From the NCBI GenBank assembly GCA_013239625.1, contig MU053561.1, positions 3,837,312-3,901,311 on the forward strand: 64,000 nt of DNA, given 5' to 3'. This stretch comes from Lama guanicoe. Lineage: Eukaryota. Made by a program: the position numbers and the translations under genes. How positions within the stretch are numbered: position 1 is the first letter of the stretch; the number at the start of each line of letters is the position of its first letter. The notes under the pieces were generated by a model. The model was given only the letters and a program-made list of their open reading frames with translations. It was not told where the DNA came from and did no database searches. Shown here piece after piece: positions 13,182-25,844 of this stretch.

Positions 13182-13590
13182 TGTGATGGTAAGTTTTATG
13201 TATCGGTTTATCGTGGCTATAAATTCCAGTTGTTCAAACACTAGTATAGGTGTTGCTGTGAAGATATTTTGTAGATGTGATTAAAGTCCACAATCAGTTG
13301 ATTTTGTAAGGGAGATTATCCCTTGGCTGTTCTGGGTGGGCATGTCTCAATCATTTGAAAGGTTTTCAAGCAGAACTGAGGCTTCTCTGAAGAAGATAAA
13401 ATTCCACCTATGATAACAGCTTTGACTCATGCCCAAGAGTTCCAGCCTGCCCCTCCTGAAGGCCTGCCTTCTGGATTTCAGATTTGCCTCACCAGCCTCC
13501 ACAACAGTGTAAGCCAGTTCCTTACAATAAATCTCTTAATATACATCTCGTGCTGGTTCTGTTTCTCTGGCTGAACCCTGAAATAGTATA
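13182..13590 (+). mobile_element. ERVL LTR, MLT2D-like
   Basis: tgtgatggtaagttttatgt...ggtgttgctgtgaagatattttgtagatgtg...aataaatctc...ggttctgtttctctggctgaaccctga. Confidence 0.85.
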
Positions 13591-13924
13591 TTAAGGTTGG
13601 TGGCCACGATAACATTCTTGAAGACAATTTTTTTCCCTTTTTCACGTATAAAGACATTGGCATGGTACATAACACATAATGTACATTAATTAAATGTAGC
13701 TATCATTACTCTTCTAGAATCCAGAGAAAACCATCTAAATTCAGAAGTTATTTGGATTTCACCATGTTTTGAAATTCTAGTTATTTCTGCCAGAAAATCT
13801 TCCCACACATAATTGGTAAATGGTTAGAATTAAGGAATACTCCAGATCACTGTTATTATTCAATGCGATACAAGCACAATTTTGGAATAAATTTTTTTCT
13901 CTGATAAAGTTTAATTAGTAGTAT

Positions 13925-14463
13925 TGAGACAGGAAGGAAGAGGGCAGGGCACATCCATTCAAGGAATGACACAGTAATTAACACCAAAAGCCTTGAGGCC
14001 CAAGATGGCAGACTTGACTTCCAGTAGACTTTGAGCTTCATTATCCACTTACTGTAATATATTAGCATGGGAAATGACACTCCTACAGGTGCCATGACAG
14101 TTCCGAGGCTGACCATAAAAGGTCAAAAAGTGAGCAGTGGCCCAATTCCTGGGAATCCGAGCCCCTCCTCCAAAATAGTTGGAACAAGCCTCCCATCTGT
14201 TAGCATGTGAAGCTACTGAGCCCATAAAAACTAAACCCCCACACCTCATGGCCTCTCGCTCCCTCTCTTCTGAGCCAGCCCGCACTCTGTCTATGGAGTA
14301 TGCATCTTTCTAAATAAATCTGCCTTTACTCAGCTGTGGCTTGCTCTTGAATTCTTTCCTGCTCTAAGCCAAGGACCCTCACTTGGTGGGGTACATCCCA
14401 GGGACTCAACCAAGACCTGGGACACGGCCCTCCTCTCGCCCCATGTTCATTTCTCCTGTGTCA
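13925..14463 (+). mobile_element. ERV1 solo LTR, MER41-like (copy 1)
   Basis: TG...CA termini, flanks gtat/ggat (4-bp TSD with 1 mismatch), cataaaa box and aataaa; homologous to the copies at 16378 and 42677. Confidence 0.85.
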
Positions 14464-14584
14464 GGATCACAGAGGAGGGGATCTGTAGAGCTGTGTAGTG
14501 GAAGTCTATCATCAATCACTGCCCCCGTCTTTTAAAATGAACATTTTGGTTTTTTCTTTGTGAATGCCACCCTCCTAAGAAAGA

Positions 14585-14690
14585 TTTTTTTTTAAGTTTA
14601 TTTATTTATTTATTTAATGGATGTACTGGGGATTGAACTCAGGATCTCATGCATGCTAAACACACGCGTTATCACTCCCCCAGCCAAGGA
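14585..14690 (-). mobile_element. tRNA-derived SINE (camelid vic-1-like), truncated
   Basis: (ttta)n tail, then gtactggggattgaactcaggatctcatgcatgcta (reverse B-box region). Confidence 0.8.
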
Positions 14691-14929
14691 AGAATTTTTT
14701 TCATCTTTATATTTCCTAGCCTCCTTGCTGCTAGAGGACAGACATGTGACTTTGATCCCATAGGTCAAGATGTGTTTGGAGTGAATTCCATGAGGTGCGA
14801 CCTGGGCAGTGGTGGTGGTGGCTCCCTCATCACAAGCCTGTGGCCTGAGGAGTCATTCCTGGAAGTCTGGTCCAGAACCCAATACTCCAGCCCTCCCAGC
14901 AAGTCTGTGAGTTATCCAATGTCTCATAA

Positions 14930-15357
14930 CGTTACCGAAAGTTTGTGTGCCCGACACACAGTGAGGCCAAACAAAACTAAACTTTAGGGTTTGCAGCAGA
15001 GAAAGGTTTATTGGAGGGCCAAGCAAGAAGGGGTGGCTTGTGCACAAAATACACTAAACTCCCCGAAGGGTTTTAGCAAGGCACTTTTAAAAGCCAGGTG
15101 AGAGATGGGGGTTGCAGGGTATGTGATCAGCTCATGAAAATTTTCTGAATGTTTTGATGTTGAGGTAACAGGGGGGTGAACACGATCAGTCCTTAGGGGC
15201 CTGCAGGTCTGAGGGCTCATGATCACAAGTAGTTAATTTCTTCCATTCGGTGGGGTTTTAGCATCTGTGCATCAGATACTTTTACCTAGGTCTTTCAGAG
15301 AGGATATGGGGGAGGTGTCTGTCCTGAGAAGGCCCCATAGAGTCCTGCTACATTATA
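14930..15357 (-). mobile_element. ERV1-type solo LTR inserted in an older MLT1-like element
   Basis: Starts cgttaccgaa (reverse of ...cggtaaca), reverse polyA signal tttatt near 15007, ends aggccccatagagtcctgct; flanks resemble a split MLT1 3' end. Confidence 0.75.
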
Positions 15358-15479
15358 ATTATAAACTCCTTGCTGTTCAAACTGATAGGAGTGGATTGAT
15401 TGTGAGTAATTAAACATGCTGACTGATACAAATGACTTGTGACATGGAAGATAATTTACACAACTTCATTGAATTAATT

Positions 15480-16110
15480 ATATATTTTATATTTACATTT
15501 ATTTTAAAATTATAAATATAAATTACACCCATGGGGGAAAATTTTCTAAGAGTACAGGTGGATATAAAGTGAAAAATAAGTGTCCACTACACTCCCCAAC
15601 CACATTACAACCTCCAGTCTGACTTTAAGGGACAAAAACCACTAACAATTCTTGACTTCATTCAGAAAAAGTTACTGTATCCACAAACACATCCCTACTT
15701 TTTAAAAACTGAAAGGAATATAATATACTCTTTGGTAACTTGACATTTTTACTTGACAGAATATCTTGGATTTTTTTTAAATCAGCACATATAACTCTAC
15801 TTCATTATTTTAATGATTATGTGATAATATAGCATATGAATGTGTCTTTATTTAAACAGGCCTATTGATGGGCATTTATGCTGTTACTAACTCATGGCTC
15901 TTCCAAAGCTGCTACAACATATATTGTAAGTTGGTATAGTGGACACATTATTGGTACACACACATACACACACACATACACTTGCACACTTATGCAAGTT
16001 TATCTATAGAATAAATTCCTTCGAGTGGAATTGATACACCAGAGGGTGTACACATCTTAAATGTTGATAGATATTGCCAAACTCCCCTCCAAGAATGTTA
16101 TGGAAATATG
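15480..16110 (-). mobile_element. Old L1 (L1ME-like) 3' fragment
   Basis: cctattgatgggcatttatgctgtt...ataaattccttcgagtggaattg...gatagatattgccaaactcccctcc. Confidence 0.75.
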
Positions 16111-16377
16111 TTTTACACTCAGCAGTTTTCCCCCCCAAGCGTTAACGAGCTTTAAACTGTAGCAGCTGGATTTTTGTTTGTTTGGTTGTTTTTAGAATTT
16201 TGCCTCTTAAACATTGCTTTCTGAGTTTATTTGCTTACTCAAACAAAAGAGAAGAGGCAAGGAGATGAAAATGAGACAGAATGGAAGGGGAGACAGACAG
16301 GCTCAGACTCAAGAGCTGAGGAAAGCACAGACTAAGAGGTAAGGCTCGGGTGAGGACACTCGTGTTTGCAACATGGT

Positions 16378-16970
16378 TGAGACAGGAGGGAAGAGGGCAG
16401 GGCACTACCACTGAAGGAATGACAAAGCAATTGAGGACAGGGCAAACTGGCCAGAGCCAAGATGGCAGAAGTTTGACTTCCAGTAGACCTTGAGCCTCAT
16501 GGCACACCCACAAGCACCATGATAGTTCCTAGGCTGACCATATGAGGTCAACAAGTGGGCAGGGTCCCGAGTCCTGGAAATCCCTCCCCCTTCCCCAAAG
16601 TAGCTGGAATAATCCTCCTACTTGTTAGCATATGCAATTACTGAGCCCATAAAAAGTAACAACCCTGCACCTAGCGGTCGCTCTCTCTCTCGCCTTCTGA
16701 GACGACCAGCGCTCTGTCTATGGAGTGTGTATCCACTTTAACTTTAAATACCCACACGTCTCAGTCTCTCTCCCTCTCACCTTTTGAGATGGCCCACATT
16801 CTGCCTATGGACTACGTGTCTCCTAAGTCACTCTCTCTCTTCTAAGTGTGACGGACCACACTCTGTCTGTGGAGAGTATCTCTCTCTGAATAAAGTTGCT
16901 TTTAATTTACTATGCCTTGCTCTTGAGTTCTTTGCTGCATGAGGCGAGAATCTATTCTCTGGCAGCCTGC
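16378..16970 (+). mobile_element. ERV1 LTR, MER41-like (copy 2, 3' end apparently truncated)
   Basis: Starts tgagacaggagggaagagggcagggc like copy 1; contains three internal ctctgtctatggag-type units. Confidence 0.85.
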
Positions 16971-17191
16971 AGGACTTGCTTCAGATCGTCCAATGTAGTG
17001 CTGCAGACCCAATGGACTTAATTATGTGAAATATATCAGTGCATGGGATATAGGAGCTGCATGAAAGCAACCTACACTTACATGTCATGTCCCAGCATGA
17101 GATCCAGTCTTCTGCAACATGAACAAGACAAGCTATGTGTGTTCTTTGACTTTGGTGAGACACCTGAAGCCTGGATTGTATGCATTGCTGC

Positions 17192-17504
17192 TGTTACTGA
17201 ACTCAGGTTCAGCTGCTCACTTCTTGAAAGCCAATGCTCAAGAGACAAGTGTTGGTTGAAAACGAAAGACTGCTTTATTCAAAAGGCTGGCAGCCTGGGG
17301 AGAAGGTGGACTTGGGTCCAAGAAAGAACTCTGAAGATGCTGCTCAACCATGAAAGTTTTTAAAGGGAGAAAGGGGAAGTTAATAGCAGTTAATCATTTG
17401 AGACGGGCCCAGAGTCTTCGTTATCTTCCGCTGAGTGCAGACTTTCTTCTGATTGGTTGGTGGTGAGGTAACACGGTGGTGCTCCAGGGTCTTGCTTGGT
17501 TTCA
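17192..17504 (-). mobile_element. ERV1 solo LTR
   Basis: tgttactgaactcagg...ctttatt...tgattgg...tttca; flanks ctgc/gtgc. The U5 end is homologous to the LTR at 53874. Confidence 0.8.
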
Positions 17505-17806
17505 GTGCTACCAACCTGCCCACATCAGTCGTATGTTCAGGTCCACCAGCTATGGTGTAAAACTGACATTGACAATCAGTGTTTCTCTGATTCTGATATC
17601 CTCTGCTTTTTAGGAATATGAACTTTCCTCGTAGGGCTTTCAAGTAGTTCTAACTTCCTCAGGCATTATCCACTTATGCTTAGACGATTAAATCTTCTGT
17701 CTACACATGTGGAATCATCCTGGAGCCTCTTCTGCTTCTCTGGGGGACTGTGATGGGGTCTTCTCTGGCTATCGATGCCCGAAGAAGCAATTATGTTATT
17801 TCATAG

Positions 17807-18353
17807 TAAAACAAACTAGAATATGTTGCCCCCAAATGTACTACTTTAGGGTAAGGATTATTTCGAACTGAAGGTAACTGAGAAGTAGACACAAGAAAAG
17901 TGTCCTGACCTTTCCCTATTTGCCTAAAAACAAGACATAAATATACAAATATGTCCCTCATCCCTCTCTACCAGGAAGAACAAGAGTTAATCACTAGAAA
18001 CAATTTATCAAGCTGAAGAAGGTGCCAGAGAAATCTACATGACAAACTACCAATTAGCCTTTATCCCCTGTTGGATCCCTCTGTATTTACCTTCCCAGTT
18101 TGCTACCCTTGAAAGCCTAAAATCTTTTTCCTTTGTCCTGTAATTTCTCTACAAATTTATTGTCCTCTGTTGAAGATACTTTATGAGCCTGAATTGGAAG
18201 CTACCTCTTCTAGTTACTAATCTCTGAATACTCCCACTTGTTACATGCATGATACAGATGCTAATATAAACTTGTTTGTTTTTCTCTTGTTAATCTGTCT
18301 TTTATACAGAGCCCCAGCCAAGACCCTAAAGGAAAAAATTTTCCTCTCCTACA
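17807..18353 (+). mobile_element. ERV1 solo LTR, MER34-like
   Basis: agaatatgttgcccccaaat...taaggattatttcgaactgaagg...ttttctcttgttaatctgtctttt...ttcctctcctaca; flanks atag/gtag. Confidence 0.8.
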
Positions 18354-18839
18354 GTAGATAAACTTCTGGGTAATCTTTCCAGAACACAGAAATCACTCTC
18401 AAGTATACCCCACCCCCCCACCCAAAGTTTACATTTAACAAATTGCAATTTCTCTCAGGTTCCTGGGACAGGTAGCCAGGTCAACTGTAGAGGATGTGGG
18501 TGTTTTCTAATAATTTTGTCATCTCTCAAATGCTCTCATCTCTTCCCAACAGTTAATTTTCAGCATAGAGAAAATTTTCTTGGGTAGGGAAGCAGAAATA
18601 AAGCAACATCCAAGGAATCCCACTGTTTATGTATTAACCATCAACACTGCACCATAAAACCCAAATGGGGGGGGGCGGTTATAGCTTTTTCTTTTGAGAT
18701 TTTCCTGAGGGTTGTTTCTGTGTTCTGAAAAGACTACCCAAAAGTTTATGGGTTTTTTTTTTTTAACAAAGAATACTTTATTAGAATTACACGTTCAAAT
18801 CCCAGTTCTTACTTGCTTTAAATTCAACTTATGAATCTT

Positions 18840-19110
18840 AATCATTTATTTATTCACTAAAAACTAGCTGTCAGGCTCTAGTTCAGGTATTGAGGGTACA
18901 TCAGGAACAAGCCAGATGAAAGATCTTACTCTCATGAAGATTACATACTAATGGGGGGGGGGTAGATAGAAATTAAACAAAGTAAAAAAGCAAATTACAT
19001 ACTATGTTGAAGGTAATAATTTCTATGAAAACAAATAACATGAGGGAATGGGATGGGAATACATTTTAAAATAAGGTGGAAAAGAAGGCTCTGTTGAGAA
19101 GATAAACTTC
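18840..19110 (-). mobile_element. L2 3' end
   Basis: catttatttattcac...tgtcaggctctagttcaggtattgaggg...ctctcatgaagattaca. Confidence 0.65.
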
Positions 19111-19124
19111 TTCAAAGATTTCAT

Positions 19125-21632
19125 TTTATTATTTTTCCAGCTTTATTGAGATATAATTGATATACAACATTGTATACATTTAATGTTGATTTGATACACT
19201 TATATTTGCAAAATGATTACTACCATAGTTAGCTAGCACCTCCATCATGTCACATAATTACTGTTTTTCTCTGGTGGTGAGAACATTAAGATCTACCCTT
19301 AGAAATGTTCAAGTATACAATATGTATCATTTACTACAACTTACTATGCTGTATGTTAGGTCCCCTGAACTCGTTCATCTTACAACTCTAAGTGTGCATC
19401 CTTTCACCAACATCTCCCCATTTCTTTCTCCTCCCTCTGCCTCTGGTGACAACCATTCTACTCTCTGTGTCTACAAAGTCAGCTTCTTAGTTTCCACATA
19501 AAAGTGCGATTATATAGTGTTTGTCTTCTCTGACTTATTTCACTTAGCACAATGTCCTCAAGGCCCATCCATGTTGTTACATGGCAGTGTTTTCTTCCTT
19601 CTCATGGCCCTCATCTCTATCTACCTATCTACCTATCTAACAATCTATCTATCTGTCTACATCTGATCTCCTACATCTTCTTCATCCATTCATCCATTGA
19701 TGGACAGTTGAGTTGTTTCCATCTCCTGGCTATTATAAATAAGGCTGCAACAAACATGGGAATGCAGATATCTCTTCAAGATTCTGTTCTCATTTCCTTT
19801 GGCTATGCGCGAAGAAGTGTGAGTACTGGATCATATGGTAGTTCTATTTTTAATTTTTTGAGAAACCTCCATACTGTTTTCCATAGTGGCTGTACCAGCT
19901 TATATTTTCGCCAACAGTGCACAAGGATTCTCTTTTCTCCACATTCTCCACAAAACTTGTTTTATTTCATATCATTCTTTTATATGTGAATATCCAAATT
20001 TCCCAGCACTGCTTATTGTCTTTTCTCCATTGAGTATTCTTGGCTCCCTTGTCAAATATTAGTTGACTATACACAAGTAAGTTATTTCTGGACTCTCAGT
20101 TCTGTTCCAATGGCCTATGTGTCTGTTTTTATGCCATTATGATACTGTTTTGATTACTATAGCTTTATAATACAGCTTGAAATCAAGAAAAGTGATGCCT
20201 CCAGATTTATTCTTCTTTTTCAGGATTGCTTTGACTACTTGTGGTCTTTTGTGGTTCCATATAAATTTTAGGATTTTTTTTTGACTTCCATAAAAGATGA
20301 CATTGAAATCTTGATAGGGATTACACTGAATCTATAGATGGCTTTGTATAATATGGAATATTAATGCTTCTGATCCATGAACATGGGATATCATTCCATT
20401 TGTTTGTATCTTCTTCAATTCCTTTCATTAATGTCTTAAAATTTCCTGTGTACAGGTCTTTCATCTCCTTGGTTAAATTTATTCCAATTATATTGTTTTT
20501 GATGCTATTTTAAATGGAATTTTAAAAGTTCTCTTTCAAATAGTTTACTGTTGGTATATAAAAATGCAATTGATTTTTTAATGTTAATTTTTTTATCTTG
20601 CAACTTTAGTGAATACATTGATTAAATCTAAGAATTTTGGGGGGTGATGTCTTTAGGATTTTCTATATATGAGATCATATCTACAAACAAAGACAATTTT
20701 ACTGCTTTTTATCTAGTTTGGATGTCTTTTACTTCTTTCTCCTGCCCAATTGTTCTGTCTAGGACTTTCATTACTATGTTGATTAAGAGCAATGAGAGTG
20801 GGCATTCATGTCTTATTCTTGATCTTAGAGGAAAAGATTTCAGCTTTTCATCATTGAGTATAATGTTAGCTGTAGGCTTATCATGTATGACTTTTATTAT
20901 GTTTAGGTATGTTTATTCTATACCCAATTTGTTAAGCATTTTTATCATGAAAGGCTGTTGTTTTGTCAAGGGATTTTTCTACATCTATTAAGATGATCTT
21001 AAGATTTTATCTTTCATTCTATTAAAGTGGCATGTCACATTTTTTGATTTGCATAGGCTGAATCATCCCTGCATCCCAGGGGTAATTTGCACTTGATCAT
21101 GGTGCATGGTCCTTTTCATATGCTGTTGAATTCAGTTCACTTAAGTTTTTCTTGAGAATTTTTGCATCTGTATTCATCAGGGATATTAGTCTGTAGTTTT
21201 CTTCTCTTATAGTGTCCTTATTTGGTTTTGCTATCAGGGTAATGCTATCCTCATAAGATGAGTTTGGGAGTGCTCCCTCCTCTTCAAATTTTTGGAAGAG
21301 TTTGAAAAGGATTGGCACTAATTTATCTCTAAATGTTTGGTAGAAATCACCAGTGAAACCTCTTATCCTTGGATTTTCTGTGTTGAGAGGTTTTCGATTA
21401 CTGATTCAATCTCCTTACTCAATACTGGTCTGTTCAGATTTTCTATTTCTTCATGATTCAGTCATGATAGATTGTATGTTTCTAGGAATTTAGCCATTTC
21501 TTTTAGGTTATCCAATTTGTTGGCATATAATTATTCATGGTATTCTTATATGACCTTTTGTATTTTGTAGTATCAGTTGTAATGTGTCTTCTCTCATTTC
21601 TGGCTTTATTTATTTGCATCTTCTCTCCCTTT
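19125..21632 (-). mobile_element. L1 (L1MA9-like) 3' UTR plus ORF2 remnant, with internal deletion
   Basis: Starts ctttattgagatataattga (reverse L1MA 3' end). ORF 21097..21318 reads PILFKLFQKFEEEGALPNSSYEDSITLIAKPNKD..ENYRLISLMNTDAKIL, the start of the L1 reverse transcriptase domain. Confidence 0.92.
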
Positions 21633-21635
21633 TTT

Positions 21636-22760
21636 CCCTAAAGTAAAGAAAATAAAAGCAAAAATAAACAAATGGGAGCTAATTAAACTTAAAATCTTTT
21701 GCATAGTAAAGGGAATCACTGACAAAACAAAAAGACAGGCTACTGAAGGGGAGAAGATATTTGCAGATGATATGACTGAGAAGGAGTTATAACCCAAAAT
21801 GTATAAACAGTTCATACAACTCAACATCAAAACACAAACAACTCAATTAAAAAATGGACAGAAGACCTGAATAGACATTTTCCCAAAGAGGACATTCAGA
21901 TGACCAATAGGTAGGTGGAAAGTTGCTCAACATCACTAATTATCAGAGAAATGCAAATTAAAACCACAATGAGATATTATTACCTCACACCTGTCAGGAT
22001 GGTTATCATCCAAAAAAACACAAAGAACAAATTTCGGTGAGGATGTGAAAAAAAGGCAACCCTGGTACACTGTTGGGAATGTAAATTGGTGTAGCCACTG
22101 TTGAAAACAGTATGGAGGCTTCTCAAAAGCTAAAAATAGAAGTACCATATGATCCAGCAATCCCAGTCTTGGATATGTGTCCAAAAAATAAAAATAAAAA
22201 CACTAATTCAAAAAGGTATATGCACCCCAATGTTCAAAGCAGCATGACTTACAATTATCAAGATATGGAAGCAATCTAAATATCCATTGACAGATGAATG
22301 GATAAAAAAGAAGTGGTAATATATATAATGAAATATTACTCGGCCATAAAAAGAACAAAATTTTGCCATTTGCAACAACATGGGTTAACTTGGAGGGTAT
22401 TATGCTAAGTGAGATAAATCAGAGAAAGATAAATATTGCATGATATCACTTGTATTTGGAATCTAAAAAATACAAGCTAGTGAATATGACAAAAAGAAAA
22501 CAGACTCACAGATAGACAAAAACTGGTTCCAGCGGGGAGAGGGAAATGGGGAGGGACAAGGTAGGGAAAGGGGATTAAGAAGTATAAACTATTATGTATA
22601 AAATAAATAAGTTACGAGGATATATTGTACAAAATAGGGAATATAGCCAATGTTCTATAATAAGTATAAATGGAGTATAACCTTTAAAAACTGTGAATCA
22701 CTATATTGCACACCTGCAGCTTATATGATATTGTACATCAACTAAACCTCATTAAAAAAA
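21636..22760 (+). mobile_element. L1 5'-truncated (ORF2 C-terminus, 3' UTR and A-tail), different subfamily
   Basis: aaatgggagctaattaaactt...agagaaatgcaaattaaaaccacaatgagat...tgtacatcaactaaacctcattaaaaaaa. Confidence 0.92.
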
Positions 22761-23164
22761 GCCCCCCCCCAAAAGATGCTAAAGAAGTATGGTATACAAA
22801 ATGTGCAAGAATAATTTTTTTCCTAAAAATGGCTTTTTGAAGTAACTTTTCTTGGGAAAAAAATTAAAAAGATGGTTAAGATTAGCTTACCTTTCATGAA
22901 GTTATTCTTTCTTCTTCATGAATTTAAAAAAATCAAAAGGCAATGTAATAAATTTCTGTCACATAACTGGCTTAGGCCAATTGTGATTTAATTGTAGATT
23001 TAATTTAAATAGAGGTTGTTTGCTGAGTTTAATTACTGTAATTGACATCACAAAATTGAATAGACTATGTTGAATAGTAAAACTACCCAAATCGTAAGTC
23101 AAAGCCATGAATAAAAATATAGCTTAAGACAATTTTACACAGGACTTTGAAAAAACATTTTCTT

Positions 23165-23397
23165 TTTTTTTTAAACATTTTTTATTGATTTATAATCATT
23201 TTACAATGTTGTGTCAAATTCCAGTGTTCAGCACAATTTTTCAGTCATTCATGGACATATACACACTCATTGTCACTTTTTTTTCTGTGAGTTATCATAA
23301 CATTTTGTGTATATTTCCCTGTGCTATACAGTGTAATCTTGTTTATCTATTCTACAATTTTGAAATCCCAGTCTACCCCTTCCCACCCTCCACCCCA
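23165..23397 (-). mobile_element. Young L1 3' end (camelid type) with 16-bp TSD
   Basis: Poly-T, then ttattgatttataatcattttacaatgttgtgtcaaattcc; exact direct repeat gaaaaaacattttctt at 23149-23164 and 23398-23413. Confidence 0.9.
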
Positions 23398-25825
23398 GAA
23401 AAAACATTTTCTTATTGAGAGATCAGGCTCAAAACAGGCCTAGTATTTACAATATTATTATATGCATATGTTGCATTCTTGGCTTAGAATTTTTCTCCTC
23501 CATCTCACAACTCATATTCATATATTGTCTATTGGATGATCAGTCATGGTTGTAAAACAAACACTAAAAATAAATACTTAAAATGAGAAAATTGTAAAAA
23601 TTACAAATACTTTACAATACAGTTCACTTGTAACTTACACAATCCAGGGTTTTCTATGTTTACAACAATCGAGAAATAGGAGGGAGGTAACTGAGCATGT
23701 AAAAATTCCTTCTCAGAATGAAAATTCCCTTCTGATTTGCTTTCGCACCTGTAGGGCTTACTTGCTTTGATAAGCTTGGCCAGAAGGGTGAGTCTGTGGG
23801 AGATAATTCAGAAGGGAGAGGCTGAGGTCAAGAGCCTATTATCTTTCCCTCTGGGCAGTTTGGGCCTCACCAGCCATCAGTGGCATCCAGACCAGAGAAT
23901 GGACTCAACCAAGTGAATTTGTTGGGACTGTGCATTGCCATTCAGGATTGAAAATTCTCTAATGAAATCGCTAACTGGGCTGCTCAGTTACTGTGAGTAC
24001 TAGCATCTGGTTTAGTGATCAGTTAAAAAGCGATGTGTTTTGCTTTGATTTGTTTTGTTTTGTTTTTTCCCAATCAAGATGTAGTCTGAAATCTATAGCA
24101 ACGGTGCTAGGGTTCCATGGAACCCCGTTTGAGGAACCCTGCTCTGAGGGTTCCTCTGAGGGTTCAGTGAGTTAATGATACAGGCAAAGATCTCAGAAGA
24201 TTGTCTGGCGCCAAATGGTAACTATGACCGCAATGAGAACAAAGGAACTTGCAATCAGGAAGGAGATTGGCATCAATATCACAAATTATAATGCAATAAG
24301 ATCATTGCCTTAATAAGGAAGGCATGTATAAAGTTCTCCGGGCACGCTGAGAAGGGGCACGTAAGTTTGTTCCAGAGTTAAGGGATGGAAGTCTAATTAG
24401 TTGATGGGATTGGACTGAAATTCAAAGAACAATTAGGTGTTTTCTATTCAGACTTTAGAGAGAGAGAGTGCTCTAGACAGAGAAATCACATGGGTGAGTA
24501 GCTTCATTACTTGTGTAATAGAGGATCACCAGCAAGGGAAAAATAAGAAGGAAATATACGCATTGTGTTTCTATTTAGTCTTCAGTTGACACAGTGATCG
24601 CTTCCCCACGTTTGCCTTGATCAGAACAGCTGTATTTTAAATGTATGTGCTGCATTTAACTCCTTGATGTGAATAGACAACGTGTGAAAACCACATTTTC
24701 ATTTCCTAATGGCCAAAATCAGAGCAGGAGTGTGTATTAAATAACATGTGGTTTGGGGAAAAGACAAACAGGAACACAGTTAGTTCATATTTCTTGTTCG
24801 TCCCTGTCCAGACTTAAACTGGCACTTGGTAATGTGCTGGGAAACACAGGAACACATTTGTGTGTGGAAGTGATGCCCTGGAACAATGCTCCAGGAAATT
24901 CATTATCATGTTACAATGTTCCTATTGAGCTTTCAGGACCACGTTACACTGAACAAACGTGAAGCTATTTCAAGTGCAACTTGTTAGGATTTGAAAACAA
25001 ATCTTAGCTCTTGAGATGAATGAGAGAGATTTAAGAAGGTGTGGAGAGAATGCTGAATTGAATCCAAAATCTCTTTATAAATATATTTTGGGAAAAAATA
25101 ATTCAGCATTGTTTTTAAATCATGATTTCTGGAATGAGGAGTAGAAACTGATAAGTCTCATTAGATGTAGGCTTGGCCAAAACTGTCCTTCGTTCTTTGA
25201 AGGTTTTTTGTTTTGGTTTGTTTTGTTTTTCTTTTTTCCATGTTAAGTGAAAACTCTGCTGCTGCCTTGAGCTTGGGAGCTCTTCGGGTAACAGTTCTCC
25301 CTCTGGTTAGAGAACAAGTAAGGAGTCACAGTGGAACTCACACTGGAGAAAGTGGGCCCAAGGGACGTGGACAGACGGCAAGCCTGGCTGTCCTCCTCTT
25401 CGTTAGCCTGATGCCTGCAGTAGTGGTGGCCAAGGCCCTGCTGTCCAGGGCACCATGGTGGGCCCTCATCAGAGCCCCAGGGACAGCCTGGCCCTGACAG
25501 TCCAGGAACTTCCAGTGCCATCCAAAGGAGTCAGCAATATGGAGCATGGGAGGCGGGGTGAGAGATGTTTGGGAATGGTCAGTATCTGACTTCCCACAGA
25601 TTAATCATTCTGTCCAAAGCCCTGAGGACCCCACTGTGAAAAACACTGCACCAGGAAGAGGAGATAGAGGAAGAAAAAGGCGGAAGGATAGGGTGGGAAA
25701 GGACATGGGGTGGGAGAGAAGGGAGTCGCAGGAGAGGCTGGCTAGGGGAAAGGGCAAGACGGGGGCGGGGGAGTTCTGTTGGGGCAGAGGGCCCCCGCTG
25801 AGACCACCATCAGTTCAGAGCACGC

Positions 25826-25844
25826 TTGCCCCTAGATGGCGCTG
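25826..25844 (+). promoter_or_regulatory. Candidate CTCF site
   Basis: ttgcccctagatggcgctg compared with the consensus TGGCCACCAGGGGGCGCTA; core CC.CTAGATGGCGC. Confidence 0.55.

Noticed and set aside
12202..13590. Two MLT2 LTRs as an ERVL provirus
   Set aside because: The roughly 640-bp spacer includes L2-tail-like sequence and no ERVL internal sequence.
13925..16970. Two same-orientation LTRs as one provirus
   Set aside because: The first has its own TSD-like flanks, the two differ structurally, and the interval holds a SINE, other LTRs and old L1, with no primer-binding site or gag/pol sequence that I can see.
19125..22760. Single L1 with a twin-priming 5' inversion
   Set aside because: Both halves carry their own, different 3' UTRs, so they are two elements.
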